NCBI GenBank assembly: GCA_964599375.1
Contig: CAZREW010000017.1
Coordinates: forward strand, 3,926-67,925
Direction: 5' to 3'
DNA from: an uncultured bacterium
GTDB taxonomy: Bacteria; Krumholzibacteriota; Krumholzibacteriia; Krumholzibacteriales; Krumholzibacteriaceae
Length of the DNA stretch: 64,000 nt
The number at the start of each line of letters is the position of its first letter. Within the stretch, counting starts at the first letter, position 1. Positions 37,206-48,307 of this stretch are shown here, in pieces. The notes beneath the pieces are model-generated. The model made no database searches. It saw nothing but the letters and a program-made list of their open reading frames with translations, and was not told the origin of the DNA. A program made the position numbers and the translations under genes.

Positions 37206-38258
37206 ATGAACAGGAAGCATATCATAATCGTGCTCCTCGTCGCCGCTCTCGCTACCGTCTACGCGTGCAAGAGCGTCGAGACCACGAGCGCGATGCTTCA
37301 TAACCAGACTGGCAACTACGAGGATGCCATAGCGCAGGCCAAGCTCGGCCTGGCGAAAAATCCTAATGACGCCGAGGCTTACTTCCAGCTGGGCATTTCC
37401 TACTCCTATACTGAGGAGATGGCGCTCGCGTACCAGAGCTTCACAAAGGCAGCGGAGCTTGACCCGAAGAAGCAGAAACTCGTGGAGGACAATATAAAAT
37501 CGAACTGGGCGCGCCACTTCAATGCCGGTATAGCCGAGTTCCAGGGCGACAACATAGAGGGAGCCGCCGTCGAGTTCCGCGAGGCCGTCGACGCCGACCC
37601 GAGGCAGATCAAGGGATGGCTCAACCTGGCGAAGGCCTACAACTCCCTGGCTGCCGACGATTCGACATACTGGGACAAGTCGTTCATGGTCGCAGACACG
37701 CTTATGACGCTGGTAAAAGAAGACGACCAGGACTACGGCAAGGTGCTCGAGCTCGCCGGGAAGGTCCTGATAATCAAGGGCGAGAAGGACAGGGCCTACG
37801 GGATATTCGAGAAGCTGATGAGGGACGACCCTGTCAACGCCGAGATAGTCGAGGAGGTAGGCAACGATTTCCTGATGAACGACCAGTGGGAAGACGCCGT
37901 GAAGTTCTTCCAGCTGGCCGCCGACGGGCGCCGCGCTACCGAGACGGAGAGCTTCGACCTCTACTACAACATGGGCGTTTGTTATCTGAGGCTTGATCAG
38001 TACCTTCTTTCCGCGGATTCCTTCCAGAACGCGCTGGCGGTAGATCCCGATAACAAGGCCGCGAACTACAGCCTTCTTCTCGCCTACTACTCTGGCGAGT
38101 TCTGGGACGAGGCGATCATGCAGGGGCAGGCCTATACCGAGAAGTTTTCGGACGACCCGAGGGGCTGGCAGATCCTGAGCCTCGCCTTCAACAAGAAGGG
38201 CATGAAGATCAAGGCCGAGGAAGCGGCCAGGAAATACCAGGAGCTGATGGGTGGCTGA
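37206..38258 (+). CDS. TPR-repeat lipoprotein
   Basis: MNRKHIIIVLLVAALATVYAC is a lipobox. Several canonical TPR motifs (AEAYFQLGISY, ALAYQSFTKA, etc.). Confidence 0.75.
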   Translation: MNRKHIIIVLLVAALATVYACKSVETTSAMLHNQTGNYEDAIAQAKLGLAKNPNDAEAYFQLGISYSYTEEMALAYQSFTKAAELDPKKQKLVEDNIKSNWARHFNAGIAEFQGDNIEGAAVEFREAVDADPRQIKGWLNLAKAYNSLAADDSTYWDKSFMVADTLMTLVKEDDQDYGKVLELAGKVLIIKGEKDRAYGIFEKLMRDDPVNAEIVEEVGNDFLMNDQWEDAVKFFQLAADGRRATETESFDLYYNMGVCYLRLDQYLLSADSFQNALAVDPDNKAANYSLLLAYYSGEFWDEAIMQGQAYTEKFSDDPRGWQILSLAFNKKGMKIKAEEAARKYQELMGG

Positions 38259-38343
38259 GAGAACTGTCGCGGGGGCGCGCCGCCGGCGCGCCCCGGCTTC
38301 GCTTCCGCCCGCCGGCGTTCTTTCCGTTCGAAGCCCATTTATC

Positions 38344-38647
38344 TTGACATGGGGAGGATTCTCAGATATTATGATTATCGTAAGGGTTTGTTTCTTCGAT
38401 GTCCCCAGTTCTCCCTGAAAGACGGAGGTCGTTCCCGGCAACGGGTCCTCGTATAAGCCCTTTCGATGATTGCCACATATCATGTTCGAACGCCATGGAT
38501 CCACCGAAATAAACGGAGAACTTGATCAGCGTTGTTTTTATCGATGATTGAGATAGATCCCGATTTTCAGCAGGAAAGGAAAGACCAGTGAAACCGCGGG
38601 GTACCGCCCGGCGGTGGTGAGGGGTAACAGTAAAGAGGTTTTTATTT
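38344..38647 (+). promoter_or_regulatory. rho promoter (TTGACA-17-TATTAT) plus ~270-nt 5' leader
   Basis: TTGACA at 38344-38349, 17-nt spacer, TATTAT at 38367-38372. A long untranslated leader precedes rho, as in the autoregulated rho leaders of other bacteria. Confidence 0.55.
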
Positions 38648-39895
38648 ATGGAAATAGCAGAGCTCAAAAAAAGGAAGATCGACGAGCTGATGACGATGGC
38701 TGACGAGCTGAAGATCAGCGAGGCGAGCAGCCTGAGGAAGCAGGAGCTTATATTCAGGATCCTCGAGGAGCAGGCCAAGCAGAACGGCTTCATTTATAAC
38801 GAGGGGGTCCTGCAGGTGCTGCCCGAAGGGTACGGGTTCCTGAGGTCTCCCGATTACAATTATCTGCCTGGCCCGGACGACATCTACGTGTCACCGTCCC
38901 AGATCAAGAAGTTCTCGCTTCGCACGGGGGATACGGTCTCGGGGCAGGTCCGCTCGCCCAAGGATTCGGAGAGGTATTTCGCCCTTCTGAAGGTCGAGGC
39001 GGTCAACGGGGAACACCCGGAGGAAGCGAAGAAGAAGACGCTCTTTGACAACCTCACCCCGCTTTACCCGCTCGAGATGATAGATCTCGAGCACGATCCG
39101 GTCGACCTGTCGACGAGGTTGATGAACCTTCTCACCCCGATCGGCAAGGGGCAGAGGGCCCTGATCGTGGCCCCCCCGAGGACTGGAAAGACGATCCTGC
39201 TGCAGAAGATCGCTAACTCGATCACGGCAAATCACCCCGAGATAGTCCTGATAGTCCTGCTCATAGACGAGCGTCCCGAAGAGGTCACCGACATGCAGCG
39301 CTCGGTCCACGGCGAGGTAATCAGCTCGACGTTCGACGAACCGGCGGACAGGCACGTGCACGTCGCCGACATGGTCATCCAGAAGGCGAAGCGCCTGGTC
39401 GAGCACGGGAAGGACGTCGTGATCCTGCTCGACTCGATCACGAGGCTCGCCAGGGCGCACAACGCGGTCGTCCCCCATTCGGGCAAGATCCTCTCCGGAG
39501 GAGTTGACTCGAACGCGCTGCAGAGGCCGAAGCGCTTCTTCGGAGCGGCCCGTAACACCGAGGAGCAGGGGAGCCTGACGATCATCGCCACGGCGCTGAT
39601 CGAGACGGGAAGCCGGATGGACGAGGTCATCTTCGAGGAGTTCAAGGGAACCGGCAACCTCGAGATAGTCCTCGACCGCAGGCTCGCCGACAAGAGGGTC
39701 TGGCCGGCGATCGACATCTTCCGCTCGGGCACGAGGAAGGAAGAACTGTTGCTCGACGAGAAGGTGCTGAGCAAGGTCTACATACTACGCAAGTTCCTCA
39801 GCGACAAGTCGTGTGTCGAGGCGATGGAGTTCCTGCTCGAGAAGATGTCGAGGACTAAATCGAACAACAAGTTCCTCCAGTCGATGAACGCCTGA
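38648..39895 (+). CDS. rho: transcription termination factor Rho
   Basis: N-terminal [23 protein letters not shown], the CSD/OB RNA-binding region, Walker [16 protein letters not shown], and the Q and R loops. Confidence 0.95.
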   Translation: MEIAELKKRKIDELMTMADELKISEASSLRKQELIFRILEEQAKQNGFIYNEGVLQVLPEGYGFLRSPDYNYLPGPDDIYVSPSQIKKFSLRTGDTVSGQVRSPKDSERYFALLKVEAVNGEHPEEAKKKTLFDNLTPLYPLEMIDLEHDPVDLSTRLMNLLTPIGKGQRALIVAPPRTGKTILLQKIANSITANHPEIVLIVLLIDERPEEVTDMQRSVHGEVISSTFDEPADRHVHVADMVIQKAKRLVEHGKDVVILLDSITRLARAHNAVVPHSGKILSGGVDSNALQRPKRFFGAARNTEEQGSLTIIATALIETGSRMDEVIFEEFKGTGNLEIVLDRRLADKRVWPAIDIFRSGTRKEELLLDEKVLSKVYILRKFLSDKSCVEAMEFLLEKMSRTKSNNKFLQSMNA

Positions 39896-39917
39896 CGGCG
39901 GAGGCGTGAAAATATAT

Positions 39918-39946
39918 TTGAATTCGTCGTGGCGCGTTATTAGATT
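39918..39946 (+). promoter_or_regulatory. sigma70-like promoter TTGAAT-17-TAGATT upstream of rpmE
   Basis: TTGAAT at 39918-39923, 17-nt spacer, TAGATT at 39941-39946. Confidence 0.4.
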
Positions 39947-40010
39947 GTCTGGTCCCCGGCATCCGCCGGATAAGTGGAAGTGAAACAGGGATAATACCGG
40001 AGAAGATGAA

Positions 40011-40241
40011 ATGAAGAAGGATATCCACCCCGAGTACAAGAAGACGACGATCACCTGTCTATGCGGCAACGTGATAGAGACACGTTCCACACAGGACGAG
40101 ATACACGTCGAGATCTGCTCGCAGTGCCACCCGTTTTTCACCGGAAAACAGAAGCTGATCGATACGGCGGGGCGTGTCGAGAGATTCCAGCGCAAGTACG
40201 GCGATTACAGGAAGAAAGCAAGCGAGCGGGACAAGAAGTAG
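40011..40241 (+). CDS. rpmE: 50S ribosomal protein L31
   Basis: MKKDIHPEY...CLCG...[13 protein letters not shown] is the canonical Zn-binding L31 form. Confidence 0.95.
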   Translation: MKKDIHPEYKKTTITCLCGNVIETRSTQDEIHVEICSQCHPFFTGKQKLIDTAGRVERFQRKYGDYRKKASERDKK

Positions 40242-40280
40242 CTCCACCCTCACAGGCCTTCGATCGGGACAGAGGGAAGA

Positions 40281-41198
40281 ATGCCCGGCTGCGACGGAGA
40301 AAAACGCCTTCAGGTCGGTGGCCAGGCCGTCATCGAGGGCGTCATGATGCGTTCACCCTCAGGCATGGCGACGGCCGTGAGGACGCGCAACGGCAGGATC
40401 GTCGTAAAGACCGAGCCTTTCGTCAGCCTCACCAGGAAAAACAGGTTCTTCGGCTTTCCCGTGATCCGCGGGGCAGTGGCCCTTGTGGAGACGTTCGTCG
40501 TCGCCATCAAGGCGCTCGCCTTTTCGGGGGACGAGTCTATCAGAGAGGATGAAGAAGAGGAGAAAAAGGGCGGTGGCGTCACGTGGCAGATGGTCCTTGC
40601 GATGGTCGGGGCGGTCTTGCTCGGCATGGCGCTCTTCTTCTACGTCCCCCTTCTGCTGACCGGACGACTCGGTATCGAGAGTGGCGTGCTCTTCAACCTC
40701 GTCGACGGGATCTTCCGGCTTACGATCATATTCCTCTACATCTGGGGCATAACGAGGTGGAAGGAGATGAAGAGGATATTCGAGTACCACGGCGCGGAGC
40801 ACAAGGCTATCTTCACGTACGAGGATGGAGCCGAAGTAACGGCCGACAACGCGATGGACCACCCGCGGCTTCATCCGAGATGCAGCACCTCCTTTCTTAT
40901 GATAGTGGTCCTCGTCAGCGTCATCGTCTTCATCTTCACCGGCAGGCCCGACAGTCTCGGGGAGAGGGCCTTCAGGCTCGCGTTGATCCCGCTGATCGGC
41001 GGCCTGTCGTACGAGGTCCTCAAGGCTTCCTCGCGCCCGGGCTTCCGCAGGTATTTCGGGTTCGTCTACTGGCCGGGGATGATGATGCAGAAGATGACCA
41101 CCCGGGAGCCATCCCGCGACCAGATCGAAGTGGCCATAGCCGCCCTGAAAGCCAGCCTGGCGGACAATTTACTGGAATCCCGACAGTTTATGGATTAG
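40281..41198 (+). CDS. DUF1385 (YqhQ-like) membrane protein
   Basis: [15 protein letters not shown]...[10 protein letters not shown]...HGAEHKAI is typical of DUF1385, a family commonly found in the rpmE-prfA neighbourhood. Confidence 0.75.
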   Translation: MPGCDGEKRLQVGGQAVIEGVMMRSPSGMATAVRTRNGRIVVKTEPFVSLTRKNRFFGFPVIRGAVALVETFVVAIKALAFSGDESIREDEEEEKKGGGVTWQMVLAMVGAVLLGMALFFYVPLLLTGRLGIESGVLFNLVDGIFRLTIIFLYIWGITRWKEMKRIFEYHGAEHKAIFTYEDGAEVTADNAMDHPRLHPRCSTSFLMIVVLVSVIVFIFTGRPDSLGERAFRLALIPLIGGLSYEVLKASSRPGFRRYFGFVYWPGMMMQKMTTREPSRDQIEVAIAALKASLADNLLESRQFMD

Positions 41199-41271
41199 TG
41201 TTTTTCGCGGGATCGGCGGCAGTCCCGGGGATCTTCCCCGCGCGGGGCCGCCATTCCGCCGGAGGACCGCG

Positions 41272-42369
41272 ATGAGCAACAGCGACAGGTACAGGAAGGT
41301 ACTGGCCCGGTATGACCAGCTCTCCGAGGAGCTGGGCCGCCCGGAGAATATCCGTGACCAGAGAAAATACAGGGATCTGGCCCGAGAGCGCAGCGATCTG
41401 GCCGACGCAGTCAAGGCTATCCGCGAGTACCTGGATCTCGACGTGAAAGCCGCCGACGACGAAGCCGTCGTCGACTCCTCGGACGACGGGGAGCTCGTCG
41501 AGATGGCGAGCGCGGAGCTCGAGGAGATCAGGCCGCGGATGGAGGAGCTCGAGGACGAGATAAAGCTGCTGCTGATACCGAGCGACCCGGACGACTCCCG
41601 CAACACGGTCTTCGAGATCAGGGCCGGCACGGGTGGGGACGAGGCGGCCCTGTTCGCCGCCGACCTTGCGAGGATGTACAGGCTGTACGCCGAGGAGCAG
41701 AAGTGGAAGATCGAGGTGCTCAGCAGCAGCCCGACCGAAAAGGGCGGGTACAAGGAGATCATCTTCCTCATAACGGGCGAGAACGCCTATGGCAAGCTCA
41801 AGTTCGAGAGTGGAGTGCACAGGGTACAGCGGGTCCCTGTCACCGAGTCGGGCGGGAGGATACATACATCGGCCGTCTCGGTGGCGGTGCTCCCCGAGGC
41901 TGAGGAGGTCGACGTAGACATAGATCCCGGCGACCTCAAGATAGACGTTTACAGGTCAAGCGGGCCGGGAGGCCAGAGCGTCAACACGACGGACTCGGCC
42001 GTGCGCGTCACGCACTTGCCGACCGGGCTGGTCGTCACCTGCCAGGACGAGAAATCACAGCACAAGAACAAGGCGAAGGCGCTCAAGGTTCTCAGGTCGC
42101 GCCTGCTCGAGAAGGCCCGCAGCGAGCAGGATGACGCGATCGCCGCGCAGAGGCGGAGCATGGTCGGCTCGGGCGACCGCAGCGCCAAGATAAGGACGTA
42201 CAACTTCCCCCAGGGGAGGGTCACCGACCACAGGATCGGGCTGACCGTGCACAATCTCCACGGTATACTCGACGGGGATCTGGGCGAGGTCGTCGAGGAG
42301 CTCGCGGTGGCGCATCGCGAAGAGCTCCTCGCTCAGGAGATGGCAAAGGGATCCGCGGCGAAAGGTTGA
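41272..42369 (+). CDS. prfA: peptide chain release factor 1
   Basis: GGQ motif in [24 protein letters not shown]. PxT-type tripeptide region. Confidence 0.95.
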   Translation: MSNSDRYRKVLARYDQLSEELGRPENIRDQRKYRDLARERSDLADAVKAIREYLDLDVKAADDEAVVDSSDDGELVEMASAELEEIRPRMEELEDEIKLLLIPSDPDDSRNTVFEIRAGTGGDEAALFAADLARMYRLYAEEQKWKIEVLSSSPTEKGGYKEIIFLITGENAYGKLKFESGVHRVQRVPVTESGGRIHTSAVSVAVLPEAEEVDVDIDPGDLKIDVYRSSGPGGQSVNTTDSAVRVTHLPTGLVVTCQDEKSQHKNKAKALKVLRSRLLEKARSEQDDAIAAQRRSMVGSGDRSAKIRTYNFPQGRVTDHRIGLTVHNLHGILDGDLGEVVEELAVAHREELLAQEMAKGSAAKG

Positions 42370-42373
42370 ACGG

Positions 42374-43237
42374 ATGGATCGCACGCCGACAGTGATCGAA
42401 GCGGTCAGGATGTCCGAGGGGTACCTCGAGAAGCACGGGGTCGAGTCGCCGAGGCTCAGCGCCGAGCACCTGCTCGCCAAGGCCCTGCGCTGCACGAGGC
42501 TCGATCTCTACCTGAGGTTCGAGGAGAAGCTCTGCGCCCCGGTGCTCGACGAGTACCGCGGCGACCTGAGGAAGAGGGCCGGCCGGATGCCGCTGCAGTA
42601 CATACTCGGCGAGGCCCCGTTCCGTTCCCTTATGCTGAGGATCGAGGAGGATGTCTTCATCCCGCGCCCGGAGACCGAGCTTCTCGTAGAGATGGCGGTC
42701 GGGCTGATGGGCGGGCGCGAAGATGTCCGGTTCATAGAGTTCGGCACCGGTTCGGGCGCGATATCGGGCGCGCTCGCCTCGGCCGGCCCGGGTTGGACCG
42801 GGATAGCGTTCGACATCTCGCCTAAAGCGGCGGCGCTGGCGGCCTCTAACATGGAGAAGCTCGGCCTGTCGGGGCGCGTCGATGTCCTGGTCTCGGACGG
42901 GTTCGGCGAGTTCGCTGAAGAGGGGAGCTTCGACCTCGTGATCTCCAACCCCCCGTATATACCGGCCGGCGATATCGCCGGCCTGCAGGCGGAGGTATCG
43001 TCTTGGGAAAGCCGCATGGCCCTTGACGGTGGCGAGGACGGGCTGCGATTCTACCCCGTTATCGCCGGGGAGGGCATCAGGCTGCTCAGGCCGGGCGGGG
43101 CGATCGCCGTCGAGATAGGTCACGGGCAGGGAGGAACAGTCTCCTCCATGCTGAAGGCGGCGGGATTTGCCGACGTGGAGATAAGAAGGGACTATAACGG
43201 CCTCGAGCGGATGGTCGGTGGAAGACGGGAGCAGTGA
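42374..43237 (+). CDS. prmC: release-factor glutamine N5-methyltransferase
   Basis: SAM motif [11 protein letters not shown] and NPPY in VISNPPYIP. Confidence 0.9.
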   Translation: MDRTPTVIEAVRMSEGYLEKHGVESPRLSAEHLLAKALRCTRLDLYLRFEEKLCAPVLDEYRGDLRKRAGRMPLQYILGEAPFRSLMLRIEEDVFIPRPETELLVEMAVGLMGGREDVRFIEFGTGSGAISGALASAGPGWTGIAFDISPKAAALAASNMEKLGLSGRVDVLVSDGFGEFAEEGSFDLVISNPPYIPAGDIAGLQAEVSSWESRMALDGGEDGLRFYPVIAGEGIRLLRPGGAIAVEIGHGQGGTVSSMLKAAGFADVEIRRDYNGLERMVGGRREQ

Positions 43238-44490
43238 TGGACAGTTTCATTATCAGGGGGCCGTCGAGGCTCGAGGGGACGGTCAGGATAAGCGGCGCTA
43301 AGAACGCGATGCTCCCGCTCATGGCGGCGACGATCCTCACCGGAGGGCGCTGCATCCTCGACAACGTCCCGAACCTCCGCGACACGAGGACGATGATGAA
43401 GGTCCTCGGGACGCTCGGCATTCCGTCGGCCCTCGAGGACGGAGTCCTGACGATCGACGCGACCGATGTCACCTCGTTCGAGGCGCCGTACGACCTGGTC
43501 CGCACGATGCGCGCCTCGATATATGTGCTCGGCCCGCTGCTTGCGAGGTTCGGCAGGGCCAGGGTCTCGATGCCCGGCGGATGCGCCTGGGGCCCGAGGC
43601 CGATCGACCTGCACCTCAAGGGGATGATGGCGCTGGGAGCGGAGATAAGGATAGACCACGGATATATAGACGCCACAGCCGACAGGCTCAGGGGCGGTCA
43701 GGTGATACTCGCAGTTCCGAGCGTCGGCGCGACCGTGAACATACTGATCGCCGCTTCGCTGGCCGACGGCGAGTCGGTGATCGAGAATGCCGCCCGGGAG
43801 CCCGAGATCTCGGCGCTCGCAGGCGCGCTCAGATGCGCCGGCGTGGAGATCGAGGGGGAAGGGACATCCACGATACGCGTTCAGGGAAGCGGATCGGTAG
43901 AGCCGTTCAGGCATGCAGTTATCCCCGACAGGATCGAGGCGGGTACTTACGCCGCCGCGGCGCTCATCACTGGGGGCGACGTGACTCTTGAAGGCTGCCG
44001 ACCGGATCATATGCTCGCCATGATCGACAAGCTCGAGGCGTGCGGCGCCACCGTCAGCGCGACCGGTGACTCGATGAGGGTCAAGGGCCCGGACAGGATC
44101 TCGCCGGTCGATATAGACACGGGATTCTATCCTTCGTTTCCCACCGACATGCAGGCGCAGATGATGGCGGTCCTCTGCGTTGCCGAAGGGACGAGCACGA
44201 TCATAGAGCATGTCTATCCCGACAGGTTCACCCATGTCCCCGAGCTGAGGCGCTTCGGCGCGAAGATCGCGCTTGACGGTCACGTCGCGATCATCTCCGG
44301 CACGGAAAAGCTCGAGGGAGCGCCGGTGATGGCTACCGATATCAGGGCCAGCTCGGCCCTTCTGCTCGCCGGTATGATCGCAGAGGGTGAGACGAAGGTC
44401 CTGAGGATCTATCATATCGAGCGTGGTTACGAGGACATCGAGAACAAGCTGCGCGCACTCGGCGCGAACATACAGAGAGTTTCCGGCTGA
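43234..44490 (+). CDS. murA: UDP-N-acetylglucosamine 1-carboxyvinyltransferase
   Basis: ATGA overlap with prm[20 protein letters not shown] and the full EPSP-synthase-fold repeats. Confidence 0.95.
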   Translation: MMDSFIIRGPSRLEGTVRISGAKNAMLPLMAATILTGGRCILDNVPNLRDTRTMMKVLGTLGIPSALEDGVLTIDATDVTSFEAPYDLVRTMRASIYVLGPLLARFGRARVSMPGGCAWGPRPIDLHLKGMMALGAEIRIDHGYIDATADRLRGGQVILAVPSVGATVNILIAASLADGESVIENAAREPEISALAGALRCAGVEIEGEGTSTIRVQGSGSVEPFRHAVIPDRIEAGTYAAAALITGGDVTLEGCRPDHMLAMIDKLEACGATVSATGDSMRVKGPDRISPVDIDTGFYPSFPTDMQAQMMAVLCVAEGTSTIIEHVYPDRFTHVPELRRFGAKIALDGHVAIISGTEKLEGAPVMATDIRASSALLLAGMIAEGETKVLRIYHIERGYEDIENKLRALGANIQRVSG

Positions 44491-44515
44491 CCGGTCCCGC
44501 GGGGGGAGCCTCTTC

Positions 44516-46429
44516 TTGAAACACGTCATCATAGGAACCGCCGGCCATGTCGACCATGGCAAGACCGAGCTGGTCAAGGCGCTCACGGGGCACGATACCG
44601 ACCGCCTTGCCGAGGAGAAGAAGAGAGGCATCTCGATCGTCCTCGGTTTCGCGCCGATCGACCTCGGTACGGATGTCGAAGCGGGCGTCGTCGATGTTCC
44701 GGGCCATGAGCGTTTCGTGAAGAACATGGTCTCGGGCGCGGTCGGCGTCGACGTCGCGCTGATCGCCGTGGCTGCCGACGAGGGCGTGATGCCTCAGACC
44801 GAGGAGCACTTTGAGGTGCTCAGGCTGCTCGGCGTTCGCAGCGGCGTTATAGCGCTGACCAAGATCGATATCGTCGACAGGGAGATAGTGGACATCGTCG
44901 AGAGCGAGATCGTGGATCTTCTGAAGGGCACCTCGCTCGAGGGCAGCCCCTTCGTTCGGACATCGGTGGTGAGCGGAGAAGGCATAGAGGAGCTCAGGAA
45001 GGCGCTCGCCCGCGCCGCGGGTGAGGTCTCGGGGCGAGCCCCGGGCGCATTCTTCAGGATGCCGGTCGACAGGATCTTTACCAGGAGCGGGATCGGGACG
45101 ATAGTGACCGGGACGACATGGAGCGGGAGCGTCCGCACAGGTGACGAGCTGGCGCTCGAGCCGCAGGGCCGCAGAATCAGGGTCAGGGAGGTCCAGTCCT
45201 TCGAGCATGACATAGATGAGTCGGTTTCGGGGATGCGCACGGCCCTGGCCCTTCACGGGGTCAAGGTCGAGGAGGTTCATACCGGCGACCAGCTCCTTAC
45301 GCCCGGGATCCTCCCGGTGACTTCGATGATAGACGCGCGCATAGAGATGAGCAGGCTTGGGGGCTCAAAGCTCAGGAACAGGCAGAGGGTGAGGTTCCAT
45401 CACGCCGCCGCGGAGATATTGGCCCGGGCCGTCCTGCTCGACGGCGAGCAGCTGGGCCCCGGCGAGAGCGGTATCGTCCAGCTGAGGCTCGAAAGGCCGG
45501 TCGCCGCGATGGGCGGTGACCGTTTCGTGCTGAGGACGTACTCCCCGATGAGGATACTCGCTGGAGGGCGGATCATCGATCCCGCGGCGCCGAAGGAGAA
45601 GCGTTTCCGCTCAGAGAGGCTCGCCCTGCTCGCCGAGCTCGACTCCGGAGAAGCGGGGCGCATAGTCGCCGCCCTGGCCAGGGGCGCGGGCCCCGCCGGG
45701 CTGGAGACCGGGCAGCTCTTGATCTACGGCGTAGGCCCCGAATCGGCGGCGGACGCGGCGCGCGCGCTGGTTTCTTCCGGCGAACTGGAGACTGACGGCG
45801 CGAGGTTCTATCACCGCGATACGGTCGGACGTCTCGAGAAGAGGATCCTCTCTGAGCTCGAGGATTTCATGAAGGAGAACGAGCTGGTGTGGGGAGTAGA
45901 CCGCGAGGAGCTGCGCGCAATGGCCGGTCTGGCCGGCAGCCCGCTCTTCGACTATCTTCTCGAGAAGGGGCGGACGCGGTCCACCCTCTTTTTCAGGGGC
46001 GGCAAGGTGCGGGCCGGATCGGATGATCTCGAGCTGACAGGCGAGACGAAGGCTCTCGTCGAGAAGCTTGGCTCCGCCTTCGCGGAGGCGGGATGGAGAT
46101 TCCCGATGAAGGGCGACATCCTTCAGGCCGCCTCGGGGGACGCAAAGAAGATGAACAGATGTATCCGTATCCTCCAGGACGCGGGGAAGATAGTGCGTGT
46201 GGGGCAGGAAGGGTGGATATCGGCTCAGGCCCTTTCGGAAGTCATATCGAAGGTAGCCGGCATCATCGGCGAAAAAGGATCGATGTCTGTCGGGGATTTC
46301 AAGGACGGGCTCGGGCTGTCGCGCAAGTATGCCGTCCCGCTGCTCGAGTATCTCGACGGCAGCGGCTACACGAGGCGCGAGGGGGACGAGAGGGTCTCCG
46401 GCCCCGCGCTGAAGGGAGAGGTGGAATGA
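44516..46429 (+). CDS. selB: selenocysteine-specific elongation factor
   Basis: TTG start gives [19 protein letters not shown]-Tu-like domains I-III plus C-terminal winged-helix SECIS-binding domains ending ...[17 protein letters not shown] (compare E. coli ...YFDRIGFTRRRGNDH). Confidence 0.85.
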   Translation: MKHVIIGTAGHVDHGKTELVKALTGHDTDRLAEEKKRGISIVLGFAPIDLGTDVEAGVVDVPGHERFVKNMVSGAVGVDVALIAVAADEGVMPQTEEHFEVLRLLGVRSGVIALTKIDIVDREIVDIVESEIVDLLKGTSLEGSPFVRTSVVSGEGIEELRKALARAAGEVSGRAPGAFFRMPVDRIFTRSGIGTIVTGTTWSGSVRTGDELALEPQGRRIRVREVQSFEHDIDESVSGMRTALALHGVKVEEVHTGDQLLTPGILPVTSMIDARIEMSRLGGSKLRNRQRVRFHHAAAEILARAVLLDGEQLGPGESGIVQLRLERPVAAMGGDRFVLRTYSPMRILAGGRIIDPAAPKEKRFRSERLALLAELDSGEAGRIVAALARGAGPAGLETGQLLIYGVGPESAADAARALVSSGELETDGARFYHRDTVGRLEKRILSELEDFMKENELVWGVDREELRAMAGLAGSPLFDYLLEKGRTRSTLFFRGGKVRAGSDDLELTGETKALVEKLGSAFAEAGWRFPMKGDILQAASGDAKKMNRCIRILQDAGKIVRVGQEGWISAQALSEVISKVAGIIGEKGSMSVGDFKDGLGLSRKYAVPLLEYLDGSGYTRREGDERVSGPALKGEVE

Positions 46430-47496
46430 CAGGGCCTTCGGGGAGAAGGAAGACGAGGCAGGTCCGCTACGGCCGCGTGGCGGTAGGCGGCGACGCGCCG
46501 GTGAGCATCCAGTCGATGTGCACCTGCCCGGCATCGAGCACGGGCGATGTCCTCAGAGAGATCGATGCCCTCTCACGGGCGGGCTGCCAGGTCGTGCGTG
46601 TCGCGGTCAGGGATGAGAGAGACCTTGTGGCGCTCCCTGCGATCATTGGCGGGAGCGGCATGCCTGTCGTCGCCGATATCCATTTTCATCATCTCCTCGC
46701 GATCGGAGCCGCGAAAGCGGGAGCTGCGGGGCTGCGCATCAATCCGGGCAACATAGGAAGCGAGGATAAGGTAAGGGCGGTCATCGAGGCGGCGGGGGGG
46801 GCCGGGATACCGGTCCGCGTGGGAGTAAACGCGGGGAGCCTGGAGAAGAGGCTCAGGGAGCTCGCGCGCGGCGAGCCGGCGCGGGCGCTGAGCGAGAGCG
46901 CTGCCGGATATATGGAGATGATCGAACGATGGGGGTTTGCGGACATGGTCTTCAGCCTCAAGTCTTCCGACGCGGCGGTCACCGTAGAGGCGAACGCGCT
47001 CTTCGCGGCGGGCAACGACTACCCGATACACGCCGGGGTCACCGAGGCGGGGCCTCCCCTGAGCGGAGCTGCGAGGTCGGCCGTCGCACTGACGAAACTC
47101 CTCTCGATGGGGATCGGCGATACGATCCGCGTCTCCCTCTCCGGCGATCCGGTCAACGAGGTCATAGTGGCGGCGGCCCTTCTCTCGTCGCTCGGGCTGA
47201 GGGACGACTTTCCGAGGATAGTATCGTGCCCGACATGCGGAAGGTGCCATCTCGACGTCGGAGCCATAGCTGAAAGGATCGAGAGGGAGATAAACGGCTG
47301 CGGGAAGGGGATAAGCGTCGCCGTGATGGGATGCGAGGTTAACGGGCCCGGGGAGGCCCGTGAGGCCGATATCGGGATCGCCGGCTCGAAGAAGGGCGCC
47401 GTCCTGTTCAGGAAGGGCGAGATCATCCGTACGATCGACGGGGACCCGCTCGAGACCCTTCTGGGTGAGATCGGGAAGCTTCTGGAGAAGGCGTAA
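46426..47496 (+). CDS. ispG: 4-hydroxy-3-methylbut-2-enyl diphosphate synthase
   Basis: ATGA overlap with selB. VSIQSM and the CPTCGRC...GC [4Fe-4S] ligands. Confidence 0.9.
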   Translation: MTGPSGRRKTRQVRYGRVAVGGDAPVSIQSMCTCPASSTGDVLREIDALSRAGCQVVRVAVRDERDLVALPAIIGGSGMPVVADIHFHHLLAIGAAKAGAAGLRINPGNIGSEDKVRAVIEAAGGAGIPVRVGVNAGSLEKRLRELARGEPARALSESAAGYMEMIERWGFADMVFSLKSSDAAVTVEANALFAAGNDYPIHAGVTEAGPPLSGAARSAVALTKLLSMGIGDTIRVSLSGDPVNEVIVAAALLSSLGLRDDFPRIVSCPTCGRCHLDVGAIAERIEREINGCGKGISVAVMGCEVNGPGEAREADIGIAGSKKGAVLFRKGEIIRTIDGDPLETLLGEIGKLLEKA

Positions 47497-47556
47497 ACTA
47501 TTTTTACAAACTGTCCGCATATTACGTAAAATCATCTAGAAAAATTACCAGAAATA

Positions 47557-47565
47557 TGGTATATT
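47557..47565 (+). promoter_or_regulatory. extended -10 element TGgTATATT
   Basis: This is the same 9-mer as at 238-246. It lies ~95 nt upstream of ATG 47662, within an AT-rich spacer. Confidence 0.35.
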
Positions 47566-47661
47566 AACCGCCGTATGACTGTATGACCGTTTTTTGTGTC
47601 AGCTATGACCGGACACAGGGCGTGCAGTGAAGTCTACCGTCAGGTAGAGAGGAGGTCTTTG

Positions 47662-48024
47662 ATGAGGGGCAGCAGTAAGATCCTGATGGCGCTGGTCGCC
47701 ATGATGATTCTCGCCGCACCTTTCGCCAGGGCGCAAGACGACCTGGCCCTGCCCACAGATAAGACATCAGGGACGACGTACAAGCTGGTCAGGTTCGACG
47801 GCGTTGTCTACAGGATATTTGCGGAGGTGCCGTGCGAACTGTACTTCCAGAAGGTAGACAGCTGTCACCATCGTTTCTACGCAAAACCGGTTGCGGACAC
47901 AGTGACGCCTTTCTGTGAGGTCTCGGTCCAGTGGGGCTCGTTCCCCACCGTGTCCCTCTTCCTGGAAACGGGTGGCACTAACAGCTGGATACTGGGCACG
48001 GAGACAGGCTACGCTGAGAAGTAG
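47662..48024 (+). CDS. small secreted hypothetical protein
   Basis: GAGAGGAGG RBS. Signal peptide MRGSSKILMALVAMMILAAPFARAQ. Two Cys pairs in the mature part. Confidence 0.55.
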   Translation: MRGSSKILMALVAMMILAAPFARAQDDLALPTDKTSGTTYKLVRFDGVVYRIFAEVPCELYFQKVDSCHHRFYAKPVADTVTPFCEVSVQWGSFPTVSLFLETGGTNSWILGTETGYAEK

Positions 48025-48071
48025 TCGAGAAAAGATTTTAACGCGCCTTTAAGAAATTTTACCAGGCTTCT

Positions 48072-48116
48072 GGAAGCCCGGCAGAGAAAGAGTGGATCTT
48101 TTTCTGCCGGGCTTCC
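48072..48116 (+). terminator. perfect 13-bp GC-rich inverted repeat (putative terminator or protein-binding palindrome)
   Basis: GGAAGCCCGGCAG at 48072-48084 pairs with CTGCCGGGCTTCC at 48104-48116. 19-nt loop, then ATCTTTAAT. Confidence 0.45.
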
Positions 48117-48245
48117 ATCTTTAATCAGCACAAATAGTTGCAGTGGCACTTCCGGCGGCCCCATTTCGTCGTATTGGAATGGCTCTTGCCCTTTGAATGA
48201 GACCCGCGGTAACAGGAAGACGTGGCTGATGTGGCCGCGCAGATG

Positions 48246-48276
48246 AAAGGGAGCCCGAGAGGGCTCTCTTTTTATA
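48246..48276. terminator. intrinsic terminator hairpin GAGCCC-GAGA-GGGCTC plus T-run
   Basis: Stem at 48251-48256 and 48261-48266, extendable by flanking A/T pairs, followed by TCTTTTTAT. It lies just 3' of the minus-strand rqcH stop (48308), so it may act on both strands. Confidence 0.5.
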
Positions 48277-48307
48277 TGAGACGGGACGTGTGGCGGTCAC
48301 TCCGCTA

